A stretch of 64,000 nucleotides of DNA from an uncultured bacterium (GCA_963736115.1 CAVTNR010000003.1:64001-128000), one strand, 5' to 3'; shown: positions 55,501 through 63,553, counted from the first letter of the stretch. The notes: generated from the sequence alone by a model not told the origin. Program-made: numbers and translations.

Positions 55501-56410
55501 CGGAAAGTGTGACGGTTCCGATGAAATCGGTTTTCGCGTTTCCGTACGTGTCTTTCGCCGTGAGCGTCAGACCGAACCAGGCGCCCGCGGTCTGGGGGCT
55601 GGTGATGGAGTTGAATTCGAAGCGGTCGAGGACGGTCGGGTCCACCCGGAAATTTGAAGTGGTGCCGCTTTTCCCCGATGCCCGGGCCGTGATGTTGTCC
55701 GCGGCCGTTGTTTTGAAGACCTGGACATTGCCGCTCCAGGTGCCGGAGGTGAAGGCCGTGGTCTGCAGGGGGGAGAGAGTGCCGGTGAGATCCGAGAAGT
55801 CCGCGGTCGAGACAAAGGACGTGACTGTGTTATTGTTTGCGTCCTGGGCCGTGACCGTGACGGTGAATGCGTTGCCCGCGGTCTGGGATGCGCCGGGTCC
55901 GGTCACGGCGAAATGGTCCAGCGGTCCGGGCGTGACCGTGAAGGCGGTGAAGGATCCGGAATCCAGAATGATGTCCGCGGCGTCCGTGGTCTGCACGGTG
56001 ACGGTGTAGGACGACGACACCGAGGGCCCGTTCGTGATATTCGCGATCTGGACCGTTTCCGTCTGGCCCGAGGCCTGCGTCGTTCCGCCGGAACGGGCGA
56101 TGGTCACGGTGCTCCCGGAAGCGGATTCGATCGTCAACGATCCATCCATGGTGGACGATGAGGCGATGACCGCGGTGGACACGCTGAATCCGCCCGGATA
56201 GGTGACCCGGATTTTACCGTCCGCGGGTATGGCGGTAGACGTGGTAAAAGTCACCGTATGGATGGCCGCGGCGCCGGCCGCGGAATTCGAAGCCGTCACC
56301 GATACGGATACGAGCTGGGCCTGGGCGGAAACGGCGAAGAAAAGCATCGACAGGAGAAGCCGTCCCGCGGAAAAACGGAAACGCAGAATATTCGGGCACC
56401 GGTATTTCAC
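49553..56410 (-). CDS. Giant surface protein: nine Ig-like repeats, CARDB-like domains, T9SS/FlgD-type CTD
   Basis: Signal peptide ending AQA; about 100-aa repeats (L/V)DHF..AG..F.VT.TA.D..GN..F.G..SN.F.V; CTD NSPNPFSP..WDGRND..NGVYF..KIAVMK. Start codon uncertain. Confidence 0.82.
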   Translation of the reverse strand: MKYRCPNILRFRFSAGRLLLSMLFFAVSAQAQLVSVSVTASNSAAGAAAIHTVTFTTSTAIPADGKIRVTYPGGFSVSTAVIASSSTMDGSLTIESASGSTVTIARSGGTTQASGQTETVQIANITNGPSVSSSYTVTVQTTDAADIILDSGSFTAFTVTPGPLDHFAVTGPGASQTAGNAFTVTVTAQDANNNTVTSFVSTADFSDLTGTLSPLQTTAFTSGTWSGNVQVFKTTAADNITARASGKSGTTSNFRVDPTVLDRFEFNSITSPQTAGAWFGLTLTAKDTYGNAKTDFIGTVTLSEKTASLEIQTTGTAVTPAFTAGAWSGNVSILTTGQDIQVTAAGSGRTGLSGYFNVDAAGLDHFGFSPVADGAAGMPFTVTITAFDAFENIVTAFTGLGRRVNLSYTGSGVLTPAQSGNFYSGSWTGPVTISQTQSGLYLMADDGSGHAATSNPFNITASAVDHFVFSSVSPSQTAGAPFSVTVRAVDASGNTVTAFNGTVNLKDESGTITPQQVTFASGIWTGAVTITKSLTGDFLTVTGAGKSGTSGTFTVVPAAVASFRLSDIPSPRTAGTGFSVTFTALDAYGNTATGFTATVNLNGGSVSVSPSVTGAFAAGVRTQTLTITQARNDVRITAADAGSHTGVSNYFNVTHGSLDHFAVGTIADPAAGMPFSVTVTAQDANNNTVTSFSGAGNTVSVTHSGAGTVSPTVSGAFTNGVWTGNLTIAQTQTSDRLTFTRTGGVQTGLSNPFAVIASTVDHFVIDPVPDNRTAGVAFAVVIRAVDSNGNPVTSYAGTAALADETGTGAPASITFASGLWNGSVTITRSYTGNSLTVTGGGKSGTSNEFTVRPAGVASFTIGLIGSPKAAGIAFPVTVTALDAYGNTATGFTGTVALADGAATISPAVSGAFVAGVRTESVMILRAGQDVTVTASDGAGHSGISNFFNVLPGPVDHFLIATVGSQVAKVPFTVIVIAADRFGSQATSFTGTADISDLSGSISPVRSGSFTAGQWSGGVTIGLPRAGNRISVVRTGGSETGASNVFDVNAPPGIRITACTASAAEVTAGQTQDWTLNVAVRNLASSSARFDSLWVRFRIAGVRQNDFQLVLPAVLRRSGTAVLAGNGEDTLSVRVDRTGRSPGDVTVEAVAFFTDGGTGGVVSDQGFTGIAVQDSARLRIDAIRVSQPEVTLGQDIAWTVSVRLTNAGGSAVRIDTSRSVTFLLFSAGSGWDLSGLQELGRGGWILPGGASDSLRYIVERSASNPTGICQITSLVTGREINTGRTCKSDTTYGVKASILMETPASLSILRIDNLAPNRPYVNVYAEDTLRVYLQNTGGDGLRNLQLIMNTDGLSMFTSASVQTVDWLPGGGLVWVDFSFQAAASPSTGETFTLYADGFRDNTKDLVPEVTATSVVVIQNPAILRISRVAASSDRLIGGQKEPWTVEVAVRNQGQAPIQFDPPKASDLTFRINGLKQSDYSVTPPAALSQGGLILAGGRTDALVYTVTSTGSLGGIAGVEAAVTGRDRNSRAVLNAGEETSVFVRSDQSFRIISTRVRSAAADDAGNATVNTGQDFEVLVILENGLGLNVEDIRVGLTTDGGSAIEASPVSISRLTPAQWDTAVFAVKAPAAENAAETFRADILQAFIGSPRQAVPVGAALDSTAQVTVQTPVRLSLSLGLSTPDGRVSAGQTFTVRAELMNFGSGRTDGIAGVRLVLADRFERISESDTAGIAPGFPAEWSVRSPVSAPDTEWVAAELFRIPNDFNAGATADVEQSQARIRVITVPSNLSALLAVTEPSGASDGIVSASQSFIVTTQIFHSNARDITATLQLPAGYTTSDAIVKNLTSWSLSWRVEAPPAASPKADIRVRVQGMDSLQQDVPVPDFWAAFSIATVRRADLSMSAAITAPADVAQTGTVAVGQEFVITTRLENIGEADTTGLTAVTLETLPEGYTTLDPLTRAVAGGTAAWTVKAPSRQSVEAVTIRFRLSVIPADENTGRPAYVSRPNDAVAVSMAGAWLSIEANPLPAWSLSTIMPGQDGVKLLVVTATNRGMEGSGRIAIEGLRFQFEDRFGDPIPPASVISRLTAVSNADSTDIFGSTSVISENPILLSLSKRPSIAVGESVSIAVLGRISDAPETGYFQLNIPSGDFVDAREPNSGNSVAVKTPAGEDWTSLRSDPKKIFEPETELALWNSPNPFSPSDGPTAIHYYLEKRTTVSFRLFTLTGEPVWSVSFDASDDRASAGLHTLLWDGRNDRSRAVLNGVYFLFMKPADGQIRKTKIAVMK

Positions 56411-56591
56411 GTGGGGAAAACCGTCCTTTCAGAAGCGAGATTCCATTCCAAAAGGTTCATATTTGCAAAGAGCATACCAGCCCCGGAATTGTTTGTAAAC
56501 TCTTTAATAACAAATGTGGTTTGTGGTCGGTTTCCGGCCGATTCCCGGTCCGTGCGCGTTTTTCCATCAGTCTCTAACCTTTTGATTCGTC

Positions 56592-56620
56592 TTGATTTTT
56601 CTTTCTTTTTTTGTTATATT
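56592..56620 (+). promoter_or_regulatory. Putative sigma70 promoter with extended -10
   Basis: TTGATT-17 nt-TATATT with TG extension; ATG at 56630 lies only 9 nt downstream (near-leaderless). Confidence 0.5.
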
Positions 56621-56629
56621 TATCCGTTT

Positions 56630-59269
56630 ATGATCAGAAAAACCTACATCATTATAGCCCTTTTTGTTCTCCCGTTTTTCTCCCTCTCTTTTCCACAATC
56701 GAACCGGGTCGATATACCGCTGGGATACGAAGGCGTTCCGACCGGCAGAGACGGTGTTCTTCCCTTTCATCAGGAAATCCGTCCGCGAATCGGCCTGGCT
56801 CTGAGCGGCGGAGGGGCGAGGGGCCTGGCCCATATCGGCGTACTGAAAGTGCTTGAAAGACACGGCATTCCGGTCGACGGGATCGCGGGGACCAGCATGG
56901 GCGCGATCATCGGCGCCATGGCCTCGGTCGGGTATTCCGCTTCGGATATCGACAGCCTGGCGCGGATCACGGACTGGGGCGGCATCATCCGGGACGCTCC
57001 CCAGCGCCGCCAGCTGTTTCTCGGACAGAAGGAGCAGAGATCGCGGACCATCGTTCAGATCCGGTTCGAAAGGATGGCGCTCGATTTCCGGCCCGCGGTG
57101 ACTGCCGGACAGAAGCTCACCACGGTGCTGACGGATGTTCTGCTCCGCGCCCCGGCTCCCTATCCCGGCGATTTCAACCGGCTTCCGATTCCGCTTCGCG
57201 TGGTGACCACGGATCTGCTGACCGGCGGCAAGGTGCTTTTCAGCAGCGGGTCTCTGGTCGACGCCCTGCGCGGATCCCTTGCCATTCCGCTCCTTTTCAC
57301 GCCCCTGGAAACGGACCTCGGCCTGCTCGTGGACGGAGGACTCGTCGACAATCTTCCCGTCCGTGAGACCCGGGCGCTCGGAGTGGACCGCGTCATTGCC
57401 GTGGACACGTCGTCCAAATTGCGGAAGCGGGAAAACCTTTCCGCCCCCTGGGAGATCGCCGATCAGGTGACGACTATCATGGAGCAGGAGGCGATTGCGG
57501 CCGCGAAACGGGAGGCCGATCTTGTCATCGAACCGGATCTGCAGAAAATGGCCAACACCGATTTCGCGTCCATTGAAGCGGCCGTGGCCGCCGGAGAGAA
57601 AGCGGCGGAGGCCGCGATTCCGGCCATCGATTCCCTGCTGTCCGCGTTCAAGCCGTCGGACGCGGAAACCTGGGTTCGGATCGGGGAATGCCGTTTCACC
57701 GGCCTGAACCGGGTTTCCCTTCACGCGGACGCGCCTTTTTTCATCACGCCCGAACCCGGCCCGGCCCGCGCAGGCGATCTGGTTCTGACCGGACGCGCGC
57801 TTTATCAGAGCGGGTGTTTCCGGTCCGTATCCATGGCCGTGGACACCGCCGGCGGGATTCTATTTTTTGACGTCGTTGAGAATCCGGTCATTGACAGCGT
57901 CCGCTTCGAGGGCAACACGGCGTTCACGGATTCCGCGCTTCTTTCCGGAATTTCGACCGTTCCCGGCGCGGTCTTCAATCACTGGAAAGGCAGGGCGGAC
58001 ATTCGGGCGATCCGGTCGCTGTACCTCGAAGGCGGGTATTCGCTCGCGCATGTCGACACCGCCGAGATCCACGGGAACACACTGGTGTTCCGCATCGACG
58101 AGGGCCGCATCGACGGCATCCGCTTCTTCGGAAATGAGCGCACCCGCTCCTTCATTCTGCGGCGGGAACTGCCGTTCCGGACCGGCGACCTGTTTCGGGC
58201 CGCGGATTTTCAGCAGGGGCTGGACAACATCTACAGCACGGGGTATTTCGAAAATATCCGGTTCGACCTGGAATCGAAAGCGGGGCGGCGCGTCCTGAAC
58301 CTGCGGCTGAAGGAGCAGGGATTTTCATTGTTGCGCGCGGGGCTCCGCTACGACCTGGAGCGAAGGACCCAGTGCCTGCTGGAGGGCGCGGAGGAAAATC
58401 TGTTCGGCATCGGCGCGGTCGCGTCCCTGGCCGGACAGCTGGGCCCAGTGGACCGGGCCGTACGCGCGGCGTTCCGGGCCGACCGGATTTTCCAGACGCT
58501 GTTCACCGGAAAAGCCGCATTTTCGGCTTCGCGGCAGGATTTCAATTATTATTCGGATTTCGTCCGCACGGGCAAATACCGGCTCGGCGCGGTCCAGACG
58601 TCGTTTTCCATCGGACAGCAGATGAAGCGCTTCGGGACGCTTTCGGTCGAATTGCGGGACGAGCGTCTGGCCGTGCGTCCGCTTTCCGGATCCGGATCAC
58701 CGCGGGAATCCGAAACCCTCCGCAACATCGTCCTGCGGTCCGAGGTGGATACGCGGGACCGGCTTCCTTTCCCGAATACGGGCAAATACCACGTGCTGGA
58801 ATACGAAACCTCGGCCTCGTTTCTCGGAAGCGACGTGCCGTACACCCGCATGTTCTCTTCGATGGAATCGTATCATGCGGTTCTGCGGAGGATCGTGCTG
58901 CACCCCCGCATCCGCTGGGGCACGGCCGACCTGACCACACCCTTCGCCAAACAGTACCGGTTCGGCGGCATGGAATCGTTCTGGGGGCTTCCGGAGGAAT
59001 CGATGTCCGGGCGGCTCTTCTTCATCGTATCGGGGGAAGCGCGGTGGACGACTCCCTGGTTCCGGTGGGCGGAAAGCCATCTCACATTCCGCTACGACCT
59101 GGGCGGCGCGTGGCTCCGCTATTGGGAGCCAAAGCCGAAGGATTTCCGGCAGGGCATGGGCGTCATGGCCTCGGTGCAGACGCCTTTCGGTCCCATCCAG
59201 GCGGCTTTCGGGAAGCTGGACGGGATGAAGAAAACGAAGTTCTATTTCTCCGCGGGGTACAGGTTCTAA
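56630..59269 (+). CDS. Patatin-like phospholipase with POTRA domains and Omp85 barrel (PlpD-like)
   Basis: LALSGGGARGLAHIGVL, GTSMG, VDGG; POTRA motifs F.GN..F and GNERT..ILRREL; ends FYFSAGYRF. Confidence 0.9.
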   Translation: MIRKTYIIIALFVLPFFSLSFPQSNRVDIPLGYEGVPTGRDGVLPFHQEIRPRIGLALSGGGARGLAHIGVLKVLERHGIPVDGIAGTSMGAIIGAMASVGYSASDIDSLARITDWGGIIRDAPQRRQLFLGQKEQRSRTIVQIRFERMALDFRPAVTAGQKLTTVLTDVLLRAPAPYPGDFNRLPIPLRVVTTDLLTGGKVLFSSGSLVDALRGSLAIPLLFTPLETDLGLLVDGGLVDNLPVRETRALGVDRVIAVDTSSKLRKRENLSAPWEIADQVTTIMEQEAIAAAKREADLVIEPDLQKMANTDFASIEAAVAAGEKAAEAAIPAIDSLLSAFKPSDAETWVRIGECRFTGLNRVSLHADAPFFITPEPGPARAGDLVLTGRALYQSGCFRSVSMAVDTAGGILFFDVVENPVIDSVRFEGNTAFTDSALLSGISTVPGAVFNHWKGRADIRAIRSLYLEGGYSLAHVDTAEIHGNTLVFRIDEGRIDGIRFFGNERTRSFILRRELPFRTGDLFRAADFQQGLDNIYSTGYFENIRFDLESKAGRRVLNLRLKEQGFSLLRAGLRYDLERRTQCLLEGAEENLFGIGAVASLAGQLGPVDRAVRAAFRADRIFQTLFTGKAAFSASRQDFNYYSDFVRTGKYRLGAVQTSFSIGQQMKRFGTLSVELRDERLAVRPLSGSGSPRESETLRNIVLRSEVDTRDRLPFPNTGKYHVLEYETSASFLGSDVPYTRMFSSMESYHAVLRRIVLHPRIRWGTADLTTPFAKQYRFGGMESFWGLPEESMSGRLFFIVSGEARWTTPWFRWAESHLTFRYDLGGAWLRYWEPKPKDFRQGMGVMASVQTPFGPIQAAFGKLDGMKKTKFYFSAGYRF

Positions 59270-59314
59270 TTCATTCGAGAATTAAAAACGGCGGAATGGC
59301 CGTTGGTTCGACTG

Positions 59315-59340
59315 AAGGCGGGATTTCCATCCCGCCTTTA
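59315..59340 (+). terminator. Hairpin terminator after the patatin gene
   Basis: AAGGCGGGAT-TTCC-ATCCCGCCTTTA. Confidence 0.6.
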
Positions 59341-59366
59341 TTATTCTCGGTGAAAATATTGATGGA

Positions 59367-59424
59367 TGAATCTGTCAGCGAGCGCATTCCCCGGCCCCGC
59401 GCAGCGGGCGGCGGGGAGCTTCAA
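59367..59424. repeat. Short derivative of the 28843-29047 element
   Basis: Both ends conserved, interior missing. Confidence 0.7.
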
Positions 59425-59694
59425 ATGGTGCATTATTATATACTTTGGTCAAATTCCCCGGCAATACAATTTAATAATTTTCCCGCCTCAGACGACCCAA
59501 CGACTTATTTATTATGATTATAAATAGGTAGATACGTATGTTTCTAGCCAGAAATAATAGTCGGAACTATTATTGTTATGTGGCGTGTCATGATATTGCT
59601 CTTCAGGCAGGCAATTTTGAAAAATCGAACCACTTGAAATATATACTTGTTGTTCTGGCTTTTTCTTCTGTAGAAAGGTTAAGGAGGGTCCTCC

Positions 59695-61248
59695 ATGAAT
59701 ACTAAAACTTTAACATCCAGGGGCCTGATCGGGCTGGTTTTCTTTTTCGTGTTTCATGTATCTGCTCTCCGGGATGCATTTTCACAGACGGGCGGCGGAT
59801 ATATCAATTACGGTCAAATCGATGGGGAGCCCTTGACCGTCACGGCGCCTGCAACGGATGTACCTCAATCCCCGAATTGGACGCCCGTCCGCAATGTCGG
59901 CATGGGGATGACGCAGACAGCGGACGGACGTTTTTCAAACGGGATGTTGTCCAATCCCGCTCTGCTGGCCGGGAAGGTGGACCGCACCACCGTATTCGGC
60001 GTTCAAACCGCCTTCCCCAAGGCAACCTTCGATGCCACATCTTACATTAAAAAGAACATCGGGCAGTTCCGGAACGGAGATTTTTTAAAACTGCTGGGAG
60101 AGGGCTTCTCCGATTATTACAGCGCTGAAACGGCGGAGCAGCAAGCCCTTGCCGTCCGGAAGATCAACCGCGCGCTTGACTTCCCGAATGAGCTTCTGGA
60201 TAAGATCGTCGGCCGGGGGGAAAGCCAGGGAACCCACGGTTTCCAGGCCGTGCCTTTTATCCAGGCGCAGCGGGGACGATGGGGTGTGTCGGTTTTCGGA
60301 AGGGGCCAGATCGGCTTTGCCGTGGATCCGGGGGAGACCACGACCCGTCTTCTTTCCCTGAACATTCCGCAAAACACGGAGGACCTGTCGACCGAAACTC
60401 TCTATCAGCTCGCCGAAATCGTTGGGACGCTGTTCGATGAGAACGGAGACGTCTCCCAGGAAGCCCTGCCCCGGGCGTTCGCCGTCAGCACCATCGATGT
60501 GGCCGGAGTCGTGGGCCGTTCCTTCGCGATTACACCGAACCTGGACGGCGGGGCTTCGTTGAAAATAATCAACCGCCGATTCTCGACCAAGCTCATCGAT
60601 ACGGAGAATCTGGACCGTGTCCTGAGTGAAGCCCGCGCCGACCTCAAGCACACTTCCACGGGCGTCACGGCTGATCTTGGGCTGGCGTACCGGAATCCGA
60701 AGAACGGAATGCGGCTGGGATTTTCCCTTCTGAACGTCCTGCCCCTCCAGACGATCACCTCAACGACGGAGATGCGCTTTTCGATGCCCACAGCCGCGTA
60801 CTTTGTCGATGACGGGTTCGGCCGACCGGCCGTCGGCTCCGTGGATGAGACGGGCGCATTCACTCCGGACCCGGGAGGCGACACGCTGATCGTCGTGGAA
60901 AAGCGGGAGGTGACGGCGAGGCTTCCGTTCAGGCTGAAGGCGCCCATGCTGGCGAATGCGGGCATTTCGCATCCCATCCGACCCAATTGGGATGTTTCCG
61001 TCGATTGGGTCGACATCCTTTCAAAGGATGAAACCTATAAAAATACAGCCGAGAGGATCCGGATCGGAACCGAGTACCGAATCGTCCGCCGGTCGGCGGA
61101 ACTGTCGCTGCGCGGAGGAATCGCGGATAAGCGCCTGGCATTAGGGGCGGGGCTGAAAACCCGAATCGTCCGATTCGATATCGCGTATGCGCGTGATTCA
61201 TTTCTGGAAAAAAACGCGATATTCAGCCAGATTCAAGTGGGATGGTAG
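59695..61248 (+). CDS. Outer-membrane beta-barrel, TraF/FadL-like family
   Basis: RBS AAGGAGG; signal peptide; RNVGMG..MLSNPALL; DLGLAY; LRGG..LGAGL..FDIAY..QIQVGW. Confidence 0.7.
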   Translation: MNTKTLTSRGLIGLVFFFVFHVSALRDAFSQTGGGYINYGQIDGEPLTVTAPATDVPQSPNWTPVRNVGMGMTQTADGRFSNGMLSNPALLAGKVDRTTVFGVQTAFPKATFDATSYIKKNIGQFRNGDFLKLLGEGFSDYYSAETAEQQALAVRKINRALDFPNELLDKIVGRGESQGTHGFQAVPFIQAQRGRWGVSVFGRGQIGFAVDPGETTTRLLSLNIPQNTEDLSTETLYQLAEIVGTLFDENGDVSQEALPRAFAVSTIDVAGVVGRSFAITPNLDGGASLKIINRRFSTKLIDTENLDRVLSEARADLKHTSTGVTADLGLAYRNPKNGMRLGFSLLNVLPLQTITSTTEMRFSMPTAAYFVDDGFGRPAVGSVDETGAFTPDPGGDTLIVVEKREVTARLPFRLKAPMLANAGISHPIRPNWDVSVDWVDILSKDETYKNTAERIRIGTEYRIVRRSAELSLRGGIADKRLALGAGLKTRIVRFDIAYARDSFLEKNAIFSQIQVGW

Positions 61249-61286
61249 GCCGGCTGGGAGGTTGAATCAAAATCACCACTGACAAA

Positions 61287-61432
61287 GACACGGATAGACA
61301 CGGAAAGAGCGGGGAAATAGGGTAATGCATCCATTTTTATTTCTGTGAACTTCCGTCCCTGAAAAGATTGAAATCAAAGAATAACCTTATTCCATTTTCG
61401 TTTTCCGTGTGACTCCGTGTCTGTTTCCGTGG
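61287..61432. repeat. CACGGA/TCCGTG inverted short-repeat element
   Basis: GACACGGATAGACACGGA..TTCCGTGTGACTCCGTGTCTGTTTCCGTGG between convergent genes. Confidence 0.65.
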
Positions 61433-61464
61433 TATTTTTTTATAGGAGATCGCCACAGAACCGT

Positions 61465-62097
61465 CTAGTCGAAATCCGCGGGCATTCCGGGATTTCGGTG
61501 ATGGTCGAAAATCCGGCTGATCTGAGAGGGAGTCGTCCGTCCCAGGGACAGCGGCGGAAGCGCGTTCTCCCGGAAAAAACCAACCTCGGATGTTTCCCTG
61601 CTGGGCTTGGCTTCTCCGCCGATGCGGTCACATAGAAAAAACAACTTGTAAATCCGGAACGGATGCGGGGGGATATGTCCGTGCCGGGTCCGATCCCAGA
61701 CCGCGATCAGACGGACGGGCTGTACCCGGAATCCGGATTCCTCCCAGACTTCGCGAGCGATCGCTTCCGAAGGTGTTTCACCGGTATCCGCCCACCCGCC
61801 CGGCAGACACCAGCCCCCGTCCTGCCTTTCCCGGACCAGCAGAATAGAATCCCCTTGGATCACGGCGCCACGCACGTCCACTTTGGGCGTGGCGTATCCG
61901 GTCTGTTCATCGAGCAGGCCGCGTATCCGCTGAGGGTCGAAATCCGAACCTGCCGCCAGTATTTCCGAAGCCACGGCCCGAACCGCAATGTAGCGTTCCG
62001 TATCGTATTCATTCTCCGAGTACTCCAGGCCGACCTGCGCCAGGGCCTGAAGGCGGCGCGCCCATTCCACCCATTTCCAATTCGACTGTCCGGGCAT
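61465..62097 (-). CDS. Nudix hydrolase with Nudix_N domain
   Basis: WARRLQALAQVGL..YD.ERY, GYATPKVDVRG, Nudix box PGGWAD.GE..REVWEESG; RBS GAAAGGA before ATG 62097. Confidence 0.9.
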   Translation of the reverse strand: MPGQSNWKWVEWARRLQALAQVGLEYSENEYDTERYIAVRAVASEILAAGSDFDPQRIRGLLDEQTGYATPKVDVRGAVIQGDSILLVRERQDGGWCLPGGWADTGETPSEAIAREVWEESGFRVQPVRLIAVWDRTRHGHIPPHPFRIYKLFFLCDRIGGEAKPSRETSEVGFFRENALPPLSLGRTTPSQISRIFDHHRNPGMPADFD

Positions 62098-62139
62098 GTC
62101 TTTCCTTTCCGTAAATTTATGGAAAATAGTAAAATTCCC

Positions 62140-62168
62140 TTGACTTTTCAACGAAAATATATTATATA
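62140..62168 (+). promoter_or_regulatory. Putative sigma70 promoter of the lys operon
   Basis: TTGACT-17 nt-TATATA, about 60 nt upstream of lysW. Confidence 0.6.
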
Positions 62169-62227
62169 AAAATTCCTGTTTCCCGCAGGGATTTTCTTTC
62201 GATGGAATTTCTTTAATAGGAGTTATT

Positions 62228-62392
62228 ATGGGCGAATGTCCGGTTTGCGGGGCCAAAGTGCCTGTCGGCCAGGGCGCTGTCGAGGGCGAACTGATGGCGT
62301 GTCCCGAATGCGGGACCGAGCTCGAGGTGACCGGCCTGAATCCCATCACTCTGGCGGAAGCGCCCCAGGAAGAGGAAGACTGGGGGGAATAA
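62228..62392 (+). CDS. lysW: Lysine biosynthesis amino-group carrier protein LysW (54 aa, absent from ORF track)
   Basis: Manual translation MGECPVCG..CPECGTELEV..EEEDWGE; RBS AGGAG. Confidence 0.95.
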   Translation: MGECPVCGAKVPVGQGAVEGELMACPECGTELEVTGLNPITLAEAPQEEEDWGE

Positions 62393-62397
62393 AACCA

Positions 62398-63549
62398 GTG
62401 ATCCAGATACTCGACACCACGCTCCGCGAAGGCGAGCAGACTCCCGGTCTCTATTTCGACGGCCACATCAAGCTCGAATTGGCGCGCCTGCTCGACGACA
62501 TCGGCGTGGACTTTGTCGAAGCCGGCCATCCGGTCGTGACCGACGAAATCCGCCAGGCGGTCCGACAGATCGCGCATGCGGGACTCCGCGCCACCGTGGC
62601 CGCGCATGCCCGTTCCGTAAAGCGGGACATCGACCTGGCGCTGGAATGCGGAGTTGGGTTTATCGGTATCTTCTACTGTGTTTCGGACGAGCGGCTGAGC
62701 ACGGTGTTCAACAAGAACCTCTCCGAGGCCGTGGCGCAGATCGCGGACGTCATCCAGTACGCCAAGTCGCAGAAGCCGGACCTGATCATCCGGTACACGC
62801 CCGAGGACACGGTGCGGTCTCCGTGGAAAAACGTCATCGAAGCCTCGGTGGCCGCGGTGGAGTCGGGCGCGGACATCATCAGCGTGGCGGATACGACCGG
62901 GTACATGGTGCCGGGCACCCGGCGGAGCCTGCAGGATTTCGTCGGAAAGCTGAAGGCCGAATTCGGAAGCCGGGGACTGAAGCCCAGGGTGGCCGTGCAC
63001 TGCCACAACGACCGGGGCCTCGCGCTGGCCAATGCGCTGGACGGATTCCGGGGCGGCGCGGACATCATCGACACCACTGTTCTGGGCGTCGGTGAGCGCG
63101 CGGGACTGGTGGACCTGGCTCAGCTCCTGGTGGTGCTCAAGACCGACTTCGGCGCGGAGAACGCCTGGAAGCTCGACAAACTGCCGGAACTGTACGAACT
63201 GGTCAGCCGGTTTTCAGGAATCGCGGTGCCCGCCAATTATCCGCTCATGGGAAAGAACGCGTTCACGCACTGCGCCGGTGTTCACACCCAGGCCGCGGCC
63301 ATCGATCCCCTCCACTACGAGAGCCTCAGCCCGGAACTGGTCGGCCGCGTCCGGAGAATCAGCCTGGACCATATGTCCGGACTGAGCTCCGTCAAGCACG
63401 CCCTGTCCGAGCTGGGCGAGACCGTGACCGATGAGGCCCTGCTCGGCCGCATTCTCGACCGGGTTAAATCCGTGGGCACCAAGGGCAAGACCGTGGACCT
63501 CGAGGAACTCCGCTACATCGTGAAATGGTGCAAGGAGCACAAGGAATGA
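62398..63549 (+). CDS. Homocitrate synthase (LeuA family)
   Basis: ILDTTLREGEQ, ADTTG, HCHNDRGLALAN, GVGERAG; located between lysW and lysX; GTG start. Confidence 0.88.
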   Translation: MIQILDTTLREGEQTPGLYFDGHIKLELARLLDDIGVDFVEAGHPVVTDEIRQAVRQIAHAGLRATVAAHARSVKRDIDLALECGVGFIGIFYCVSDERLSTVFNKNLSEAVAQIADVIQYAKSQKPDLIIRYTPEDTVRSPWKNVIEASVAAVESGADIISVADTTGYMVPGTRRSLQDFVGKLKAEFGSRGLKPRVAVHCHNDRGLALANALDGFRGGADIIDTTVLGVGERAGLVDLAQLLVVLKTDFGAENAWKLDKLPELYELVSRFSGIAVPANYPLMGKNAFTHCAGVHTQAAAIDPLHYESLSPELVGRVRRISLDHMSGLSSVKHALSELGETVTDEALLGRILDRVKSVGTKGKTVDLEELRYIVKWCKEHKE

Positions 63550-63553
63550 CCGC

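Noticed and set aside
56258-56629. N-terminal extension of the patatin ORF
   Set aside because: Overlaps the divergent gene start and AT-rich promoter region; a signal-peptide-like sequence begins at ATG 56630.
59695-61248. Conjugative element suggested by the TraF-like protein
   Set aside because: No relaxase, T4SS or integrase genes nearby; this barrel family also occurs outside conjugative elements.
62100-62227. Lysine riboswitch upstream of lysW
   Set aside because: The leader after the predicted promoter is only about 55 nt, too short, and lacks recognisable L-box motifs.
61465-63006. 513-aa Nudix ORF and the 437-aa extended homocitrate synthase from the ORF track
   Set aside because: The extensions overlap lysW and the divergent promoter; true starts are better placed at 62097 and 62398.
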